In this document: piece by piece, positions 27,101-40,500 of the stretch
Layout: every line of letters starts with the position of its first letter
Numbering within the stretch: position 1 is the stretch's first letter
NCBI GenBank assembly: GCA_030704615.1
Contig: CM060732.1
Coordinates: 14,136,001 to 14,200,000, forward strand
Length of the DNA: 64,000 nucleotides
Source: Takakia lepidozioides
Taxonomy: Eukaryota > Plantae > Bryophyta
Direction: 5' to 3'
Made by a program: the position numbers and the translations under genes
Notes under the pieces: generated by a model
The model's database searches: none
Seen by the model: only the letters and a program-made list of their open reading frames with translations
What the model was told of the DNA's origin: nothing

Positions 27101-27690
27101 GGATTCAGGAATGCCAGAGCCTCCGGGCGTCTGGCCTGTTGCACCCGGTTGGCAGCCTCTCTCAGAATGAGGCGGATGCTCTATCTGCAGCAGGATTTTG
27201 AATGGTGCAACGCACAGACATCCGGCCACGCATTTCCGGTTCTTCAACCCAGCCATTGCAGACTGCTCGGTCCAGTAGAGACGATTGGACAATTCCTGCA
27301 CATCCCACAATGCGATTCGGAAGAGTGAAGAGACGACACACCCTCCCAACAGTTGAATGAGACTCGGATTGCCAATGCTCTTGGGATGGCTTGCACTATT
27401 CAGACTCCGTGGATGTACCCCCACCCGGCCTTGGGCGTGTGTATCGGATGGCAACGGCCGCTCGGCTGTACGCGACGATGTATCACAATACGATTGGAGT
27501 GACCGACTTGCAATTGTACGGACTTCTCGTTGATGGAAGCAAGAAGGGTTCGAAGTATTATCCGTGCAAGCATCTGTATTACATTTACCGAAGAGGTTGA
27601 GGATGAACGTGACTATTGATGATTTATTCATGCACCGCGTTGAGCGTGAACGAGCTACAAACCCCTCCTTAGGATTCAGAAATCATTGAT
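24138..27690 (+). pseudogene. MULE transposase (GCM-like, DDE, SWIM), frameshifted
   Basis: GYDYIHGSRFPGQG..FKMSTCGPGSGV, GFMADNAQANW, CGFH and PCKHLYYIY, collinear with 45213-47808; conserved intron at ~26215-26298. Confidence 0.85.
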
Positions 27691-29683
27691 GGGGCAAGGG
27701 AATCCTCCATATGGATATTTCAAATGCATTTTGCTGTATCAGACTTTTTTTTGCAGTGTAATGAAATGCACCCCAAAACTCCTAAACTCCTGAATGAGGC
27801 AATATTCCATTCAAACTGAGATCCAACAGAAGCAGTTGTGGGGCCATTTCTGGAAAAATGGCGCTGAATTTCTTTTTTTGGGGCGACAATTGGCTAAGTC
27901 CACATGCACGGGACTACCACCCTGTGTCTGGGAAATGGCGCCGATTTCTCTTTTTGGCCGAAAACTGGCTAAGTCCCAACATGCACTGTACCGTGTCTGT
28001 AAAATGGCGCCGAATTTCTCTTTTTTGGCCGAAAACTGGCTAAGTCCCAACATGCACTGGTACATTGTCTGGAAAAATGGCGCCGAATTTCCCTTTTTTG
28101 CGCCAAAACTGGCTAAGTCCGAACATGCACTGGAAAATTGCGCCGAATTACCTGTCATGAGGGACCTATACCGCGGAATTCGGCACCATTTTTCGCGCAG
28201 AGAGACCTATTACCGCCGGCGAATACTCGCCCAGGTGCCCAATGAACCAAATCTAAGAGGCATCTTGTTGCATGTTTGCTCGACGGTTTTTCAGGTTACG
28301 GACCCTATTACCGCGAAATTCGGCGCCATATTTGCACATGTCGCTGGGAATTGGCATGAGCGAAGACTAAATTCATGAGCACACTGTCAAACTGCAATTT
28401 TCCCTTCAAGGGGCCGAATAATATTTGTTTTTCCTGACACATTGCATTAAATTATTGTTTTTTACTTGTTTTTTATTTTTCGAAATTTGTACTTCTGCTC
28501 ATGAAAACCGATTGTCTTATTACTCTGCTCATGCCGCTCATTCCGCTCCTTCTCATGAAATAGCAAACCTCCGAGCAGTGTCATCTCTTCTTGAGCCATC
28601 ACGTCGTCAAGTGTTGGGGCAAGTAATGGACCTCAATTGCTTGACCTAGATTCTTAGCCTGAGTATGGCTGAGCAGCGTAGACTGCAGTCGACTTCAGTC
28701 ACCACACTTCCCTTGACAATCTCCCTGCTTACCGAGACTGCAGAGACTACGAGTGGGTACGATCAGGAGGTAAGGACCATGGGATGTAGGCATCCATGAC
28801 ACATTTGGGAGGTGCTTAAAAGCCAAAAATAGTTGGCGGCCAAAGGTGATGGAGGAGATCGAGGATTTTTTCTTGTGTTTGAAAGACTTCCTCAAATAAG
28901 GGATGATAGGGCAAGATGAGGCCTAGTCTCTGACAAAGTAGATAGGGACTGCTCATTGGGTTTTCGACTAGCTGAACCACGGGATGCGTCTTTTACCTCT
29001 CTAAGTCTATTGGACTCAAGGTTGCAGTTATGACTCACGGAGGACAACTGATTACCGGAGGAGAGAAACGACATATACGGCGGTTCCAAAGGGCTCACAT
29101 GAACTGTTTTGCTTTTAGTTTGAAAGACTTGGGGACATTTAAAGGGCCAACAAAATCACATTGAATTGGCCACTGACACGCCAATATTTTGGAGACCATA
29201 TATGTATAGCGACATGGAGAGGTCCTTGATTCAAATGAGGACTCATGACCTAATGGAGGCTAGATTGGTGGAGTTGTCAGGTGGAGAATATATTTCAGCC
29301 ATAGTAATGTCTGCCAAGATATCTATGGCAATTGGACGGGGAGATGTAGTGTCGAGACTACCGACCTGTAAACTGTCTATATATATATATATATTTGACG
29401 CCTCCCGAGGGAAGCGTAAATTATGGTGTCTCTTCACCCCGAATGGTTACTGCCTTCCACTAGGAAGGTAGACATCTTTGTGACATCAAGGATGGATTGA
29501 ACCCAAAACCACTTCCGAGGTGGTATGTGGGATTGGCAATGGCCAATCAAATACTATCTGAACACAGGAAAATTTCCTGAAGACTACACCAAAGATGACA
29601 GGAGAAGCTTTCAATGAAAAGCAAGCCATACACAGTAATCAAGGGAATTCTGTACAAAAGAGGAATTGACTCCATAATAGAAG

Positions 29684-30760
29684 ATGTCTGAACAAGAACA
29701 AGCCAAAACAGTGATGCAAGAGCTACACGAAGGAATTGCAGGAGGACACTTCAGTTCGGACCTGACAATAAAGAAGATATTATTAGCAGGTTACTGGTGT
29801 CCTACTGTATTTGGAGACACTTATAAACACTGTCCACAATGTGATGTTTGCCAGAGGATGGGACCAATAGAACGAACTGGGAAGGGTACTATGCACCCAA
29901 TCTACAACAAACATTTCAACACTGGGGGCTAGACTTCGTGGGGCCATTAAACCTCCAACAAGGTACACACAGAACCAATACATCCTCACAGGCACTGACT
30001 ACACTACCAAAATGGGTAGAGGCCAAGCACTAAAGACAACGCTGCCAGATCGACAGCCAAATTCTTATATGAAAACATCATCACTGATTTGGTTGCCCAC
30101 TGAATTCGTCAGTGATCAAGGATCACATTTTATAAATGATGCCATAAAATGCTTGACAGAGGAGTTCATGATCGTACATCACAAGAGTACTGCTTACTCT
30201 CCCCAAGGAAATGGCCAGGCTGAATCTACCAACAAGATATTATGCACTATCCTAACCAAGATATTAAATGCCAATCGTACAGATTGGGACAACAAAATGA
30301 ACACAGCACTATGGGCATTCAGGACATCATACAAGTTGACCACGAAACATACACCATTTCAACTGGTGTATGGCGCAGAGGCACTATTCCCATTGAATGT
30401 ATGATACCCAAACTACAACCGGAACTCATGAACGATGGGGTTTAGAGGAATCTCTACGAGTCAGGGAATATGAGTTATTTCATCTAGAAGAAGTTCGGGC
30501 AGACGCCGCAGATAACATGGCACGAATTCAACAACGAAGAAAAAAAAAAGAATATCCGAAGGAAAGAAAATCTTTCCAGGACTGGGACATTGTTTTTTAT
30601 GGTTACCAAAAATCAGAAGATCAAACTGGGCGGAAAATGAAAATGCCATGATGGGACCATTTCAAATAAAAAAGGTACATGACAATGGAACTGTTGATTT
30701 GCAGACCTTGGAACAAGAATTCGTGGGACGAATTAATATTAACAAATTAAAGGCTACAAG
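29684..30760 (+). pseudogene. Gypsy integrase
   Basis: HHCC zinc finger and DDE core split by frameshifts; GPF motif at ~30655. Confidence 0.85.
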
Positions 30761-31687
30761 GGATACATGACAAAGCCCTTATACATGACTTATACGCCAA
30801 CGAGGAAGACCAAACTGCAGATGAGGAGCGTGAAACCACCAGTGCATACTACATTCATCACGACACGGTGAATCAGCATGTACTAAGACATGTGGCAATA
30901 CGAGTTCAGGGCACCACTACGGCTAGACCACCATTCGTCTGGAGGACACCATTACCACCCCGTATACCGTATGGTGAACCGTGGCCAACACATATGCCTT
31001 ACAAAACCGTGAACGAATACGAAACAGCCAACGAGTCACTGCTTGTGTTAAACTCCGAGATATACGCTCCAGATTACCCCACCGACCGTGGTAATCATAC
31101 ACCACTAACCATCGATCATAACACGGAGGAAGAACGACGGCGCGCGGATTGCCAAAAGATGGCGGATGATAAGGGCAAAGCCATTAAACCAAGCTGCAAG
31201 TACTGCGCACATGCCGCCCATCTAAAAACAGACCACATACCAAAATAGATGAACACATCCAAGATTGATGAACGTAAACTGACCGAAACCGGACAATCAT
31301 CAACAACCATCAGTTTGATCCAAGACAAACCACGAAGAAAACACCAACGGAAGAAAATCAGGCACATCCAGAAAAGGGATGAAGTTTACTCAAAACAGTT
31401 ACCAGAAGCTAAATGCTTCTTGGTAAGCCTGGGCCCAACAATTAAAGCTAATTGCGCTTTAAACCTAGGCAGACAACAGAACATAATTACCTCCACGAGA
31501 ACCTCGAGAGAAGTTAGAGAAGAAGCCTACAGAGGAGAACCCCTACTTAAACCCAGAAACGAACTCCTCACATTCTCTTCCGCAAACTAGAAATTGCTGT
31601 CTACACAACTTCCAGTGTGCTTCATACTGCTTGTGATACAGGAATTGGTGCTCCAATTCCTTACAACAACAGCAAAACTAAGGGAAA

Positions 31688-33827
31688 TGGCAGGCACTAA
31701 GCGGAAGGCACCAAGTTCTTATGCGCAAGTGAATTTCAAAATCAGCCAGGTGTTGCGGAAAATCGAGCAGGACACAGAGACACAGGAGACGTTGGATAGT
31801 CTTGGCCTGCGATACTTCATCACCACGCTAGACTGGAACCTTAAGCACGACGAGCTGTGCAGGGAGTTCTTGGAGAATTACAACACCAGCACTCGAAGCA
31901 CAAATGTCCGTGATACACAGATTCTATTGACGGAGAAGTACTTGGCGGAAGTGTTTCACCTTCCTAGTCTGGACGTACCGGCGCACAGCGGCAAACCTCC
32001 AAGTTTGTACTTGCGGACCTGTTTGAGAATCTCAGCCAAGCCAATCAGGGCTACACATGCAGTCACGGCAAAAACCCCGGCTTTAAGAAGATAGCCCCGG
32101 TACTTAGCACGTTGCTTTGCCTCAGGTAAAACCACAGCTACTGCACCAAGGAGCTAATTGATCAAGTGTTGATTTGCCTCAATGGGCAAATTGTGAATTG
32201 GACAAGCTTCTTATTGAAGAAGTTAACCCAAGAATTGACCCGGTTGACAAAGAAGAAGAAGGAAGCGACTGTTACCATGGCTACTCCCTTGTTACTCCAA
32301 ATGATTCGACACATTGTACACCTGACACCCGAAGAGCAAATGACGTTGGGAATTATGCAGCGGGTAGAAACGATGGAGGAAGAAGGAAGTGACACGGCAG
32401 CAGGTCAAGAAGAAGAAGAAGGCGGACTGGCAAAGAGAGCCCGGATCAACGAAGCAACCACAAGTGCAGTAGTAGAGGACATCTTCAACTCAACGGCTGA
32501 TTCAACACTGCAGAGAGAAGGAGAGAATCAACAGCCAGAAGGAGGGAACCAACCACAGACCAATGAAGCATCACCCATGGAAATTAGCCATGGTAACACC
32601 GAAACCCAGCAAACAGCACCTACAGAGGCCATACAACCAGGAACAGAGGAGGAAGACATAGTGGCGCAGCAACAGCAGATGGTGCAAGAGGCATACAGTC
32701 AGCAGCGACAGCAGGTGGTGCAAGAGGCACAGAGTCAGCAGCAGCAAGACAATAATTCCAATTTGGAATTACTACACGCACAACAAGTTCTGGATACAAT
32801 AGCATGGGACACAGGGTTGGAAGAAACGCCACAGAATGTAATTCTGCAGGCAATACAAGCATTGGGTCAAGTAACAGCTTGCATGGACAGGGCCAAAGAT
32901 TACATAAGCCCGGAGAACCTTAGCATGATCTTAGACCACCTCAAAGAGAAACATCAGAGGGAATTGGCGACAACAAGAACAGTATGTAACCATGAGGTTA
33001 CAATCGCATCATTGGAAGATCAAAAGACGACCTTACTTCGCCAATACAACACTTTGATACAATGCAGAGACGAGTGGGAACAGAGGTGGCAAAGACAGAG
33101 AGATGAAACACGCCATGTCCAAGCCGACCTCGATGCAGAAAGAGAGCGATCTCGGAAAACGGAGACAGAGGTGGAAATGCTCACAGGACAGGTCCAGACA
33201 CTTAAGGAGCAGGTGGATACACTCAAGGGGCAGCTGAAGACTACCAAAGACCAGGGAAGCAAGTGGCTCTCATGCAACACTGTACTGCTGAAGGAAAGGG
33301 AAAATGCTGAAAGCAACTGTTCACAGCCACCACAGAAAGAGACATTGCCATGGGCAATGAACAAGAATGGAAACAGCAGCTGGAGAAGCTGACATTGCAA
33401 GCAGGGTTGGACGCAGCAGACGTAGCCTTGGCCAGAGCCTGGTTGAGTGAAGGGAGTGAACTGGAAATGAAGAAACTCAACAGGACAATGGTAAGACAAA
33501 TGAAATGTTAATTGGCGAAGTTGGTGACAGACATTCACGAGGAATTTCCGCCACCAATTCCAGAATAAGATGAGCTCATGGACGAAGACGATCAAGAGGA
33601 GCAAGACCATGAACAAGAAGCACCGATACAATCAACAACAACAACACACACCACAAAGTCAAGAGGCACTGGTACAGGCCACAGCAGGGCCATCTACTCA
33701 GGAGGTAAACCCCGTACCCTTACCAAGTGTTCTGGTGGCATCAACTTCGGTAGCAGTGGATGATTTCCAAATCATGCCATGCAAGCAGGATGGGGAGTGG
33801 GCTAAAGTATTCAGAGGAATACTTTAA
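31688..33827 (+). pseudogene. extra ORF downstream of Gypsy pol (Q/E-rich, coiled coil)
   Basis: MAGTKRK.. start at ~31688; 408-aa ORF 32166..33392 with a heptad-like C-terminal half. Confidence 0.5.
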
Positions 33828-34182
33828 AATGATGGTAGTCCCAGCCCACCGAATCCCAGAAATACTAGAAAAGGTATTCAAAACTTAACCCCCTGCAGGT
33901 CATTGTTGCATCTGCTCAATCAAACTCTCATACCTTTGAGATACAGGATGAGGCCCCTGGCTAGGGAGGAGACATGGTCAGGGGCAGAATTGGTTGAATT
34001 CTGGGGCCAGGCTCCCCTGGAGTACAAGGAGCTGGTAGCTTATATGTGGGCAGTGGGGCAATTGAAGATTAATCCTACCCCGGCAGTAGACATTGTAATG
34101 GGCTGCCCAAGTTTCTATATTGGCAGTTTCTTGTACCAGATGTAATTTGTGACAATGAGGGGAAGCCCCACTATCCCCCATA

Positions 34183-34896
34183 ATGCCCCACCCTACCTCC
34201 CCTCATAACGTCTTTGATAACCCTGATGCCTATGTCATTGAAGCCATACTAGGTATTAAAACCCAAATGTCAATTGACGCCTTCGGGGCCACTTGTGTTG
34301 ACACATACTACCATTGCAAGTGGGCCGGCTACCCTGACAAAGTCAACACATGGCAAATGGAAGATGATATATTCGGCCCACATGATGATTGTGACCCAGA
34401 CCACAATCTCACCCTTCTCACCATATTCTACAAAACCACTAACATTGACTACCTAACACATATTCACCAACAACACGCCACCCCATCCAGCATACAGACA
34501 ACAGGTACATTCATAAGCCGATCTTGGCCCCCAACGTACACATATGCATAGCTGAATGTAATCTGGACAAAGATATCCAACATTCTCAACCACTAATCCG
34601 CATGGGCCCCCGCCTTTCTAGTATATATGCACAAAATGGCCGCTACATAGGGCTTATCCCCAACGATAGATTAATTAACATGGCTATGGAGCAAGTACTC
34701 TGCCCCAAAGACATACCCACAAGAGCTACTCCCACCAAAACAAGATTTTGCCACAGAAGTATATTGGCTGATCGACCGCTATCTCAAAGACACCCCTCCT
34801 AAAAAACCACGTTCCCTTGCACGGCTAGAAACGGCAAGCGCACATCATACTATTCCCAAAGATATTCTCACCTTACTTATCAAAACATTCCAGATC
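34183..34896 (+). mobile_element. 5' fragment of an RLE-type LINE: chromodomain and start of a PCIF1-like domain
   Basis: YVIEAILGIK..YYHCKWAGYPDKVNTWQMEDDI (chromo). The frame ..IPKDILTLLIKTFQI continues at 48669 once MULE-2 is removed. Confidence 0.7.
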
Positions 34897-35360
34897 GGGG
34901 GCTGCTATTTCATGAGCCATGAGCCATGAGCGGCATGAGCCATGAGCAGAGTCGTTAAGTGTGGAAAAAAACATGAGCAGCACTATTTTCCGGAAATGAG
35001 TGTCCGCGGGAATAGGGTTTAGGGTGCCACGGTCATAGGGGGAGAAGGACCTCCCGATGAAGGAGGTTCGGCAATGTTATTTAGAATTATATATTGAAAG
35101 GCAATGTTTCGCGAATGGTAGGGTGGTACTGCTCTGTACAATGGGGGCCCATTTCAGCCTACCAGCCATTTGCAAAATTCACCCACACTCCCAATCCCAA
35201 ACGAAATGAGCAATGACGCATTCTCGGAACAATGGACACAGAATAGAATAAAAAGAGGGCACAATGAGGTTTTTATTGATCCACATGAATTGCATTTGAA
35301 GCACGTCTACTGTGCTGATTGTGCCCTCAAATCTTGAGCCCTGTGCCTACTGAATACAAG

Positions 35361-36115
35361 TCACGTTGTCAATGGGACTTCGACTGCTCTCAGAACTAGC
35401 TCATGAGTCCTGGGGCTCCTCCATGTAAAGTCGATTGCAGCCGTTGTACCGCCCCTAGTGATGTTCACCACAATGTCCTGCCCTTCAATCATACCACCAT
35501 CGAATATGGAAATCTTCACGTTTTCGTCGTCCACACCAATGCGAATGTCCCCATACAATGGAGAAGAGGAGCGCACTCCTCGAGGAGAATAGGTCTCTCC
35601 GATGGAGTCCACCCACGTCCAGTGGCAGCAGTTCCACCGCAACAGCATAGCAGTGCGCCTTCTTCTGCATGGGTGACCGTCGTAGCTGGGAAAATCGGAA
35701 TCGAGGATGCGCAGGAGCCACGGACTCCTCAAACCAAGATCGTCACCCCGCTCGAAGGCGTAGTGGCCTACGATATACTCAAAAGCCACCAATGTTTCCA
35801 CAATCGAACCAGTATCTTCTGTGTAATCTGTGTACCAGATAACAATGTCTCCCGATGTGGCCGAATACATTGCATAATCGATGCCTCCAAAGGGGCAGTC
35901 GTCCCGGTTCCGGAAGCACGGCATCCTTGCAAAGGAGGACCTGAGGACGACTTGGATGCCGATGACCTTGCGGACAGCTACGAAGCCCTTAGATTTTGGA
36001 AAAGATACGAAGCGGAAGAGCAGTCCGGCCTCCAAAATGGAGCATCTGGGTCACACGTACCCACCGACGGAGGTGGAACGTGTTCATCACGCCAGCGGTG
36101 GATGAAGCCATACAT
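35361..36115 (-). pseudogene. orphan cargo gene A (1 frameshift near 36035)
   Basis: Near-identical to the intact 258-aa ORF 60607..61383. Confidence 0.6.
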
Positions 36116-36551
36116 CTTTCTCATCAACAAGTTATAGTTTGAGATCTGCCACCGAAGTCCATCCCCCCGGATGGAAATTCGGCGCCGCATTTACATCGAA
36201 GAGGGGATGGACTTCGTCGTGTCCAGTGGCTATCGGCCCACCTGGCAGTGACTGCCCATAGTTTGCATGGCAGGGTAGGAAACTGAAACGGCTACATTCA
36301 TGCAGCAGCCAATCTTCATCGGTCCAGGATCCTGTACGGGGGAAATTTAAATGTGCCCTGGAGTGTGCCCTGGAATGTACCTCACTTCTGTATGACTGTG
36401 TTTCATTGTGTTGAATAACTCTCGGATTTGGCCCACTGTTTACAATTTGATGTCTCATTTCTACAATTTGTCTGTCTGGTTGAATAAAGCAGAGTAACCG
36501 GTATGTGAGTCATGTGTCAAGAATATACCAGAGTAACGCCATGTCGGACAT

Positions 36552-37331
36552 TGAAATGCGGCACCGCATTTCCATGTCGGCATGGAAATGTGGCGCCGCA
36601 TTTCCATGTCGGGATCGAAATGCGGTGCCGCATTTCCATGTCCGCATCGAAATGCGGCACAGCATTTCCATGTCGGACATCGAAATGCGGCACCGCATTT
36701 CCATGTGGGACAAGAAAATGCGGTGCATCATTTCCGTCCAGGTACACGAAATACCAACACGGGTCTATAAATTGATCAGAAAACGAGGTTGGCATTGCAA
36801 ATGCGGCGACGCATTTCCAGCTTGGCAATGGAAACTTCTTTTTGGACAAGGGAATGCGGTGCCGCATTTCCGTCCAACACTTCGAAAAGTGCACCTATTT
36901 CCGACCAGCGCGATGGAATGCGTTACCGCATTTCCGAGAGAGGGTCTGCAAATTGACAAATTGCGATGTCCGTTCTGGAAATGCGGCGCCGCATTTCCAT
37001 GTCCGTCATCGACTTTTTTTTTACAATGGAATGCGGTGCCAGTTTTTGCTGATGGGTCTGCAGTTCGAACAACCACCATCCCCAATATGGAAATGCGGCA
37101 CCGCATTTCCAATCCCGCCATGTCGGCCTCCTTGTTCGACCTCCTTGTTCGACCTCTGTAAGCGTGGTGGCATCCATGCAATGAGCGGGAGAGGCCAAAA
37201 CTGGCGTGTGGACAAAGGAAATTTTGGAAATGCGGCACCGCATTCCCAATTCAGATTACTTTTTACTATGCCAACATTGAAATGGAAAAATTAGTCCCTC
37301 CCCTGTTTTGGAAATGCGGTGCCGCATTTCC
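36552..37331. repeat. array of GGAAATGCGGYRCCGCATTTCC palindromes
   Basis: Starts at 36552, 36584, 36616, 36648, 36681, 36714, 36797, 36850, 36914, 36977, 37027, 37089, 37226 and 37310. Confidence 0.9.
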
Positions 37332-37519
37332 AAAAGAGGTTCTTAGAGTTGCCAAAATTTTGGAAATGCCCTGACCCATTTCTGATTTTGGGAGCGTCCT
37401 GGTTTGGGCGATTGTGTGGCTGGAATGCACACTGGAGAGGGGTCACGAATGTCGGGCAGAATTTTCTTTATATACTCTGGAAGAGAATTTACATTTACAG
37501 AGACTTCATTAAAATTCTA

Positions 37520-40500
37520 TTAATCTTGAAAATCATCGGAATCCTCATCCTGTTCTAGACTGTCCTGCTCCTCCTCCACCCCCTCAGTGCCTCTCTCATC
37601 TCCAGCGGACTGCTCGTTGGCCAGGCTTTCGAAAATCCCATCTTCCCCTTGCGGAACTGTCCATCTCACCTCCGTTGGGTCGTCCTCCTCCCTGTCTGCG
37701 TCGCTCTCATCCGCTGAATCACATATGTACTTTCGTACCCGTCTACCTGTCTGAGCTGCTGCCAACTCTTTCCTTATCCTTCTGTCCTCCCTAGCCCTCT
37801 CCAAAATCTGCTCTACTTTACTGGGATTCTCACTTCTTCTAATCGCTGTATTTGCGAGTTTAGCTGCATAACTAGGAAGGGAGTAGTCCCTCACCGGGCT
37901 CGTCATGAAGTCGGCCCTCGCAAAGAACGGGACATTCTTCCTGGCAGGAAGTGTAGGCCCTACATGTTTCGACCCGGACCCTGCAATCCTGCACATGACA
38001 ATCATCAACGAGACTAATGAGAACCACAGTCGGGAAATTCCTTTGACATAAATGACCCAGAAGGCTTTGCAAACTTACAATGTTTGCACTCACTCGTATT
38101 CCGGGTTCTCCTCTGCATCAATGTCCACTGTGTCTTCCTCGGACTCCGACGAATCCGAGGAGACTTCCGCTCTGTCGGGAGCCTTCACATTCCGTTGCAG
38201 CCCCTCCAGATGGGATCCCCACACGGATGAATCCTCCTCGTAGGCAAAGAGGTGCCGGTCGGAAAACCGCCCAGCCCACATTGAGGCACCTGTTACAATG
38301 CCATCCACACATTACCACATGGCGCTTCAGATGTTGCGAACTACATCCTAACGAGAATTTGCAGAACAGCAGAGATCAAGATTCTGCATACCTGTCCCAC
38401 AGATGAGGTCCAGCACTGTGCCCTCCACGTCTGTGCATGTCTCCATAATTGTCTGAATGAAGGCAGGGCTCCGAGTCCGTGAGTACCGCAGGGGTTCCGT
38501 TGAAGTGAGGCTATGAGGGAGAAGTTCCTTGGGAACGTTGTTGAACAGAACGTCGTAATCGAGTGGGTCGCAGTTCGGGTCAACCTTTCCTCCCTCCTTC
38601 CGGAAAGCAAAGGTGGAGTTTTCCTTCACAAAGCAGTATGCATCGAACTGCTTCGTCTGCATACACAGGGGGAAAACGATTAGAAACCGAATGCGGCACC
38701 GCATTTGAAAGCACCCAAGCAAATGAATGGACGAGTGCCAGTGTCGTAATCACCTTCTTCCCTTCCGACCGAAGGCCCAGTGTGTTGATGCACGTCCACT
38801 TCTTTTTCAGAATCGGGACGGCGCTCTTGCGGGTCCACTTCGCAATTCCTGTCTGAGTGTTTTTTCCTCTGCTCGCCAGGACAACCACACAGCCTCTGTC
38901 GTCCAACACCATGCGGGCAAGCCCGAATCCTTTCTTCCAAAAGTCCTCCGAGTACCTGTTCCAAGATGGCAAAGCTTGCAGTCCTTCCACAGGCTCTCCG
39001 TCCGGAATATCCAAGATGATCATATCGCAAGACCACTCGGTGGCATTTCCGCCCCTCCTACAATCCTTGTCTGCACACACCCTCTCAAAGAACGAGACCA
39101 TATTCTGAAATCCTGGGGTGTCGGAAGGCTCTTCGGCAGTCGCCTTCTTCAGTGCTCTGCCCTTCAGACCCTCCATGGTCTTCATGTATGCCAACTTGGC
39201 TGCCCGTCCATCCAAAGCCGCCAAGAAACTCTCATTTACACACTGGACTACAGTTTCGGGAGCCACTTTCGGCCTCTTCATTTCCACCGGCTCGAAAGGG
39301 TGCCCCCCTGGGGGGTTGAAGAGTGCCTTCTTTGCCGAGCCAGTTCTCGTGCCTCTGGTGACAACGGTGGGCACAGGGGAGGCAGCCTGCGTTTGGGGGG
39401 GTGGGCTGGTTGCAAAGTCTCCATCGGAGTCCTCTTCCTCACCCTCTTCCTGAACAGGCTGTTTCTGCTTCTTCGTTTTGGCGGGTGTCACAACAGCTGC
39501 TCCTTGCTGGCGAGTCCTCTTCTTCGACCCCTTCTGTTGGGCCTGCACAGCTGCATCCACCGTCTTTTGTGCCATCTCAGCTGCCTTTCTGGATTCTTCC
39601 AGAGCAGCAGATTCCTTTGCCGACTTTGGCCCAGCAGGGACACGTCTTTCCTTTCTCTTCTCTTCTGCCAAGGCGTGCAGATCTTTCTCAGACTCGTCAA
39701 CAATACCGCCAGACATGTCCAGGTACCACGGGCATCCAACGAGATGCGCGGGATGCCATTGTTTCTGCATCTCGGGTGTGTAGACACAGCTTGGGCCCGC
39801 CACGGTCCAAGCCATGAAGAACGGGGGCTCTTGAGCCAGGGCCCCTGTCTGAAGGAGCACGTATTTCATATACCTGCAAGGCAGTCAGCATGCGTGAGCA
39901 AAACTTGAGACCAACCTACTGGCAGAGTGCCACCGAAAACATAAAATGCGAATGCGGTGCCGCATTTCCGAGACAAACCTCGTAACCAGGCTTCGCATAC
40001 AAGGGCAGCTGTGCTTCACCTGTAAACAATTCGCATTGCAGCTTTCCCCGCTCCCTCCTGATGTGTAAACTCCACGCTCCTTCTTGCTGTCTGTAGCTCT
40101 CTGGCGAAAAGGTTGTCCTTGTACGCACATCTGAAACGTGTCACGTAGTCTTCCAATGTCTGTGTTCCATCCCATTTGACGTACAAGCCGAACGAATTTG
40201 TGTGCATTACGACTTGCTCCTTTGCATTCGACATTACCTGCCATTCCCAAATGCATTGTCACGTAGCAGTTCAGGGAATTCATGTCAGAAAAGCAAATCT
40301 GGGGAAGTACCTTGAATTACCTGGAACCACCAAGTCATACGGTTGAGCCACACATCCACTGCAGGGTCGGAAACTTCCAGTGGAAAAGACCACATTGTCC
40401 TTATGCTCTCGGATGCATTCCAGATCGACAGCCACCGTGTCTGCCATTTCCGATCCAATGTCAGTGGCTGGAAGAGAGTGGCTATTGCTAGGAAGGAAAT

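Larger units (their letters stand above)
14900..28571 (+). mobile_element. MULE-1: decayed Mutator-like element of the ParB-MTase family; left end not found
   Basis: Same gene order as MULE-2. Right terminus CTCATGAAATAGCAAACCTC at 28571 matches the MULE-2 right terminus CTCATGAAATAGTAAACCTC. Confidence 0.8.
29100..34150 (+). mobile_element. Ty3/Gypsy LTR retrotransposon relic (RT fragment, integrase, extra ORF)
   Basis: IELATDTPIFWRPY (RT N-terminus); ELHEGIAGGHF..CPQCDVCQR (HHCC); WGLDFVGP, SDQGSHF and PQGNGQAESTNK (DDE). Confidence 0.85.

Noticed and set aside
35403-36137. 244-aa + strand ORF
   Set aside because: Antisense shadow of cargo gene A; it is broken in the MULE-3 copy, and paralogue conservation is in the other frame.
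38727-39908. 393-aa + strand ORF
   Set aside because: Antisense to the MTase exon, with no recognisable motifs.
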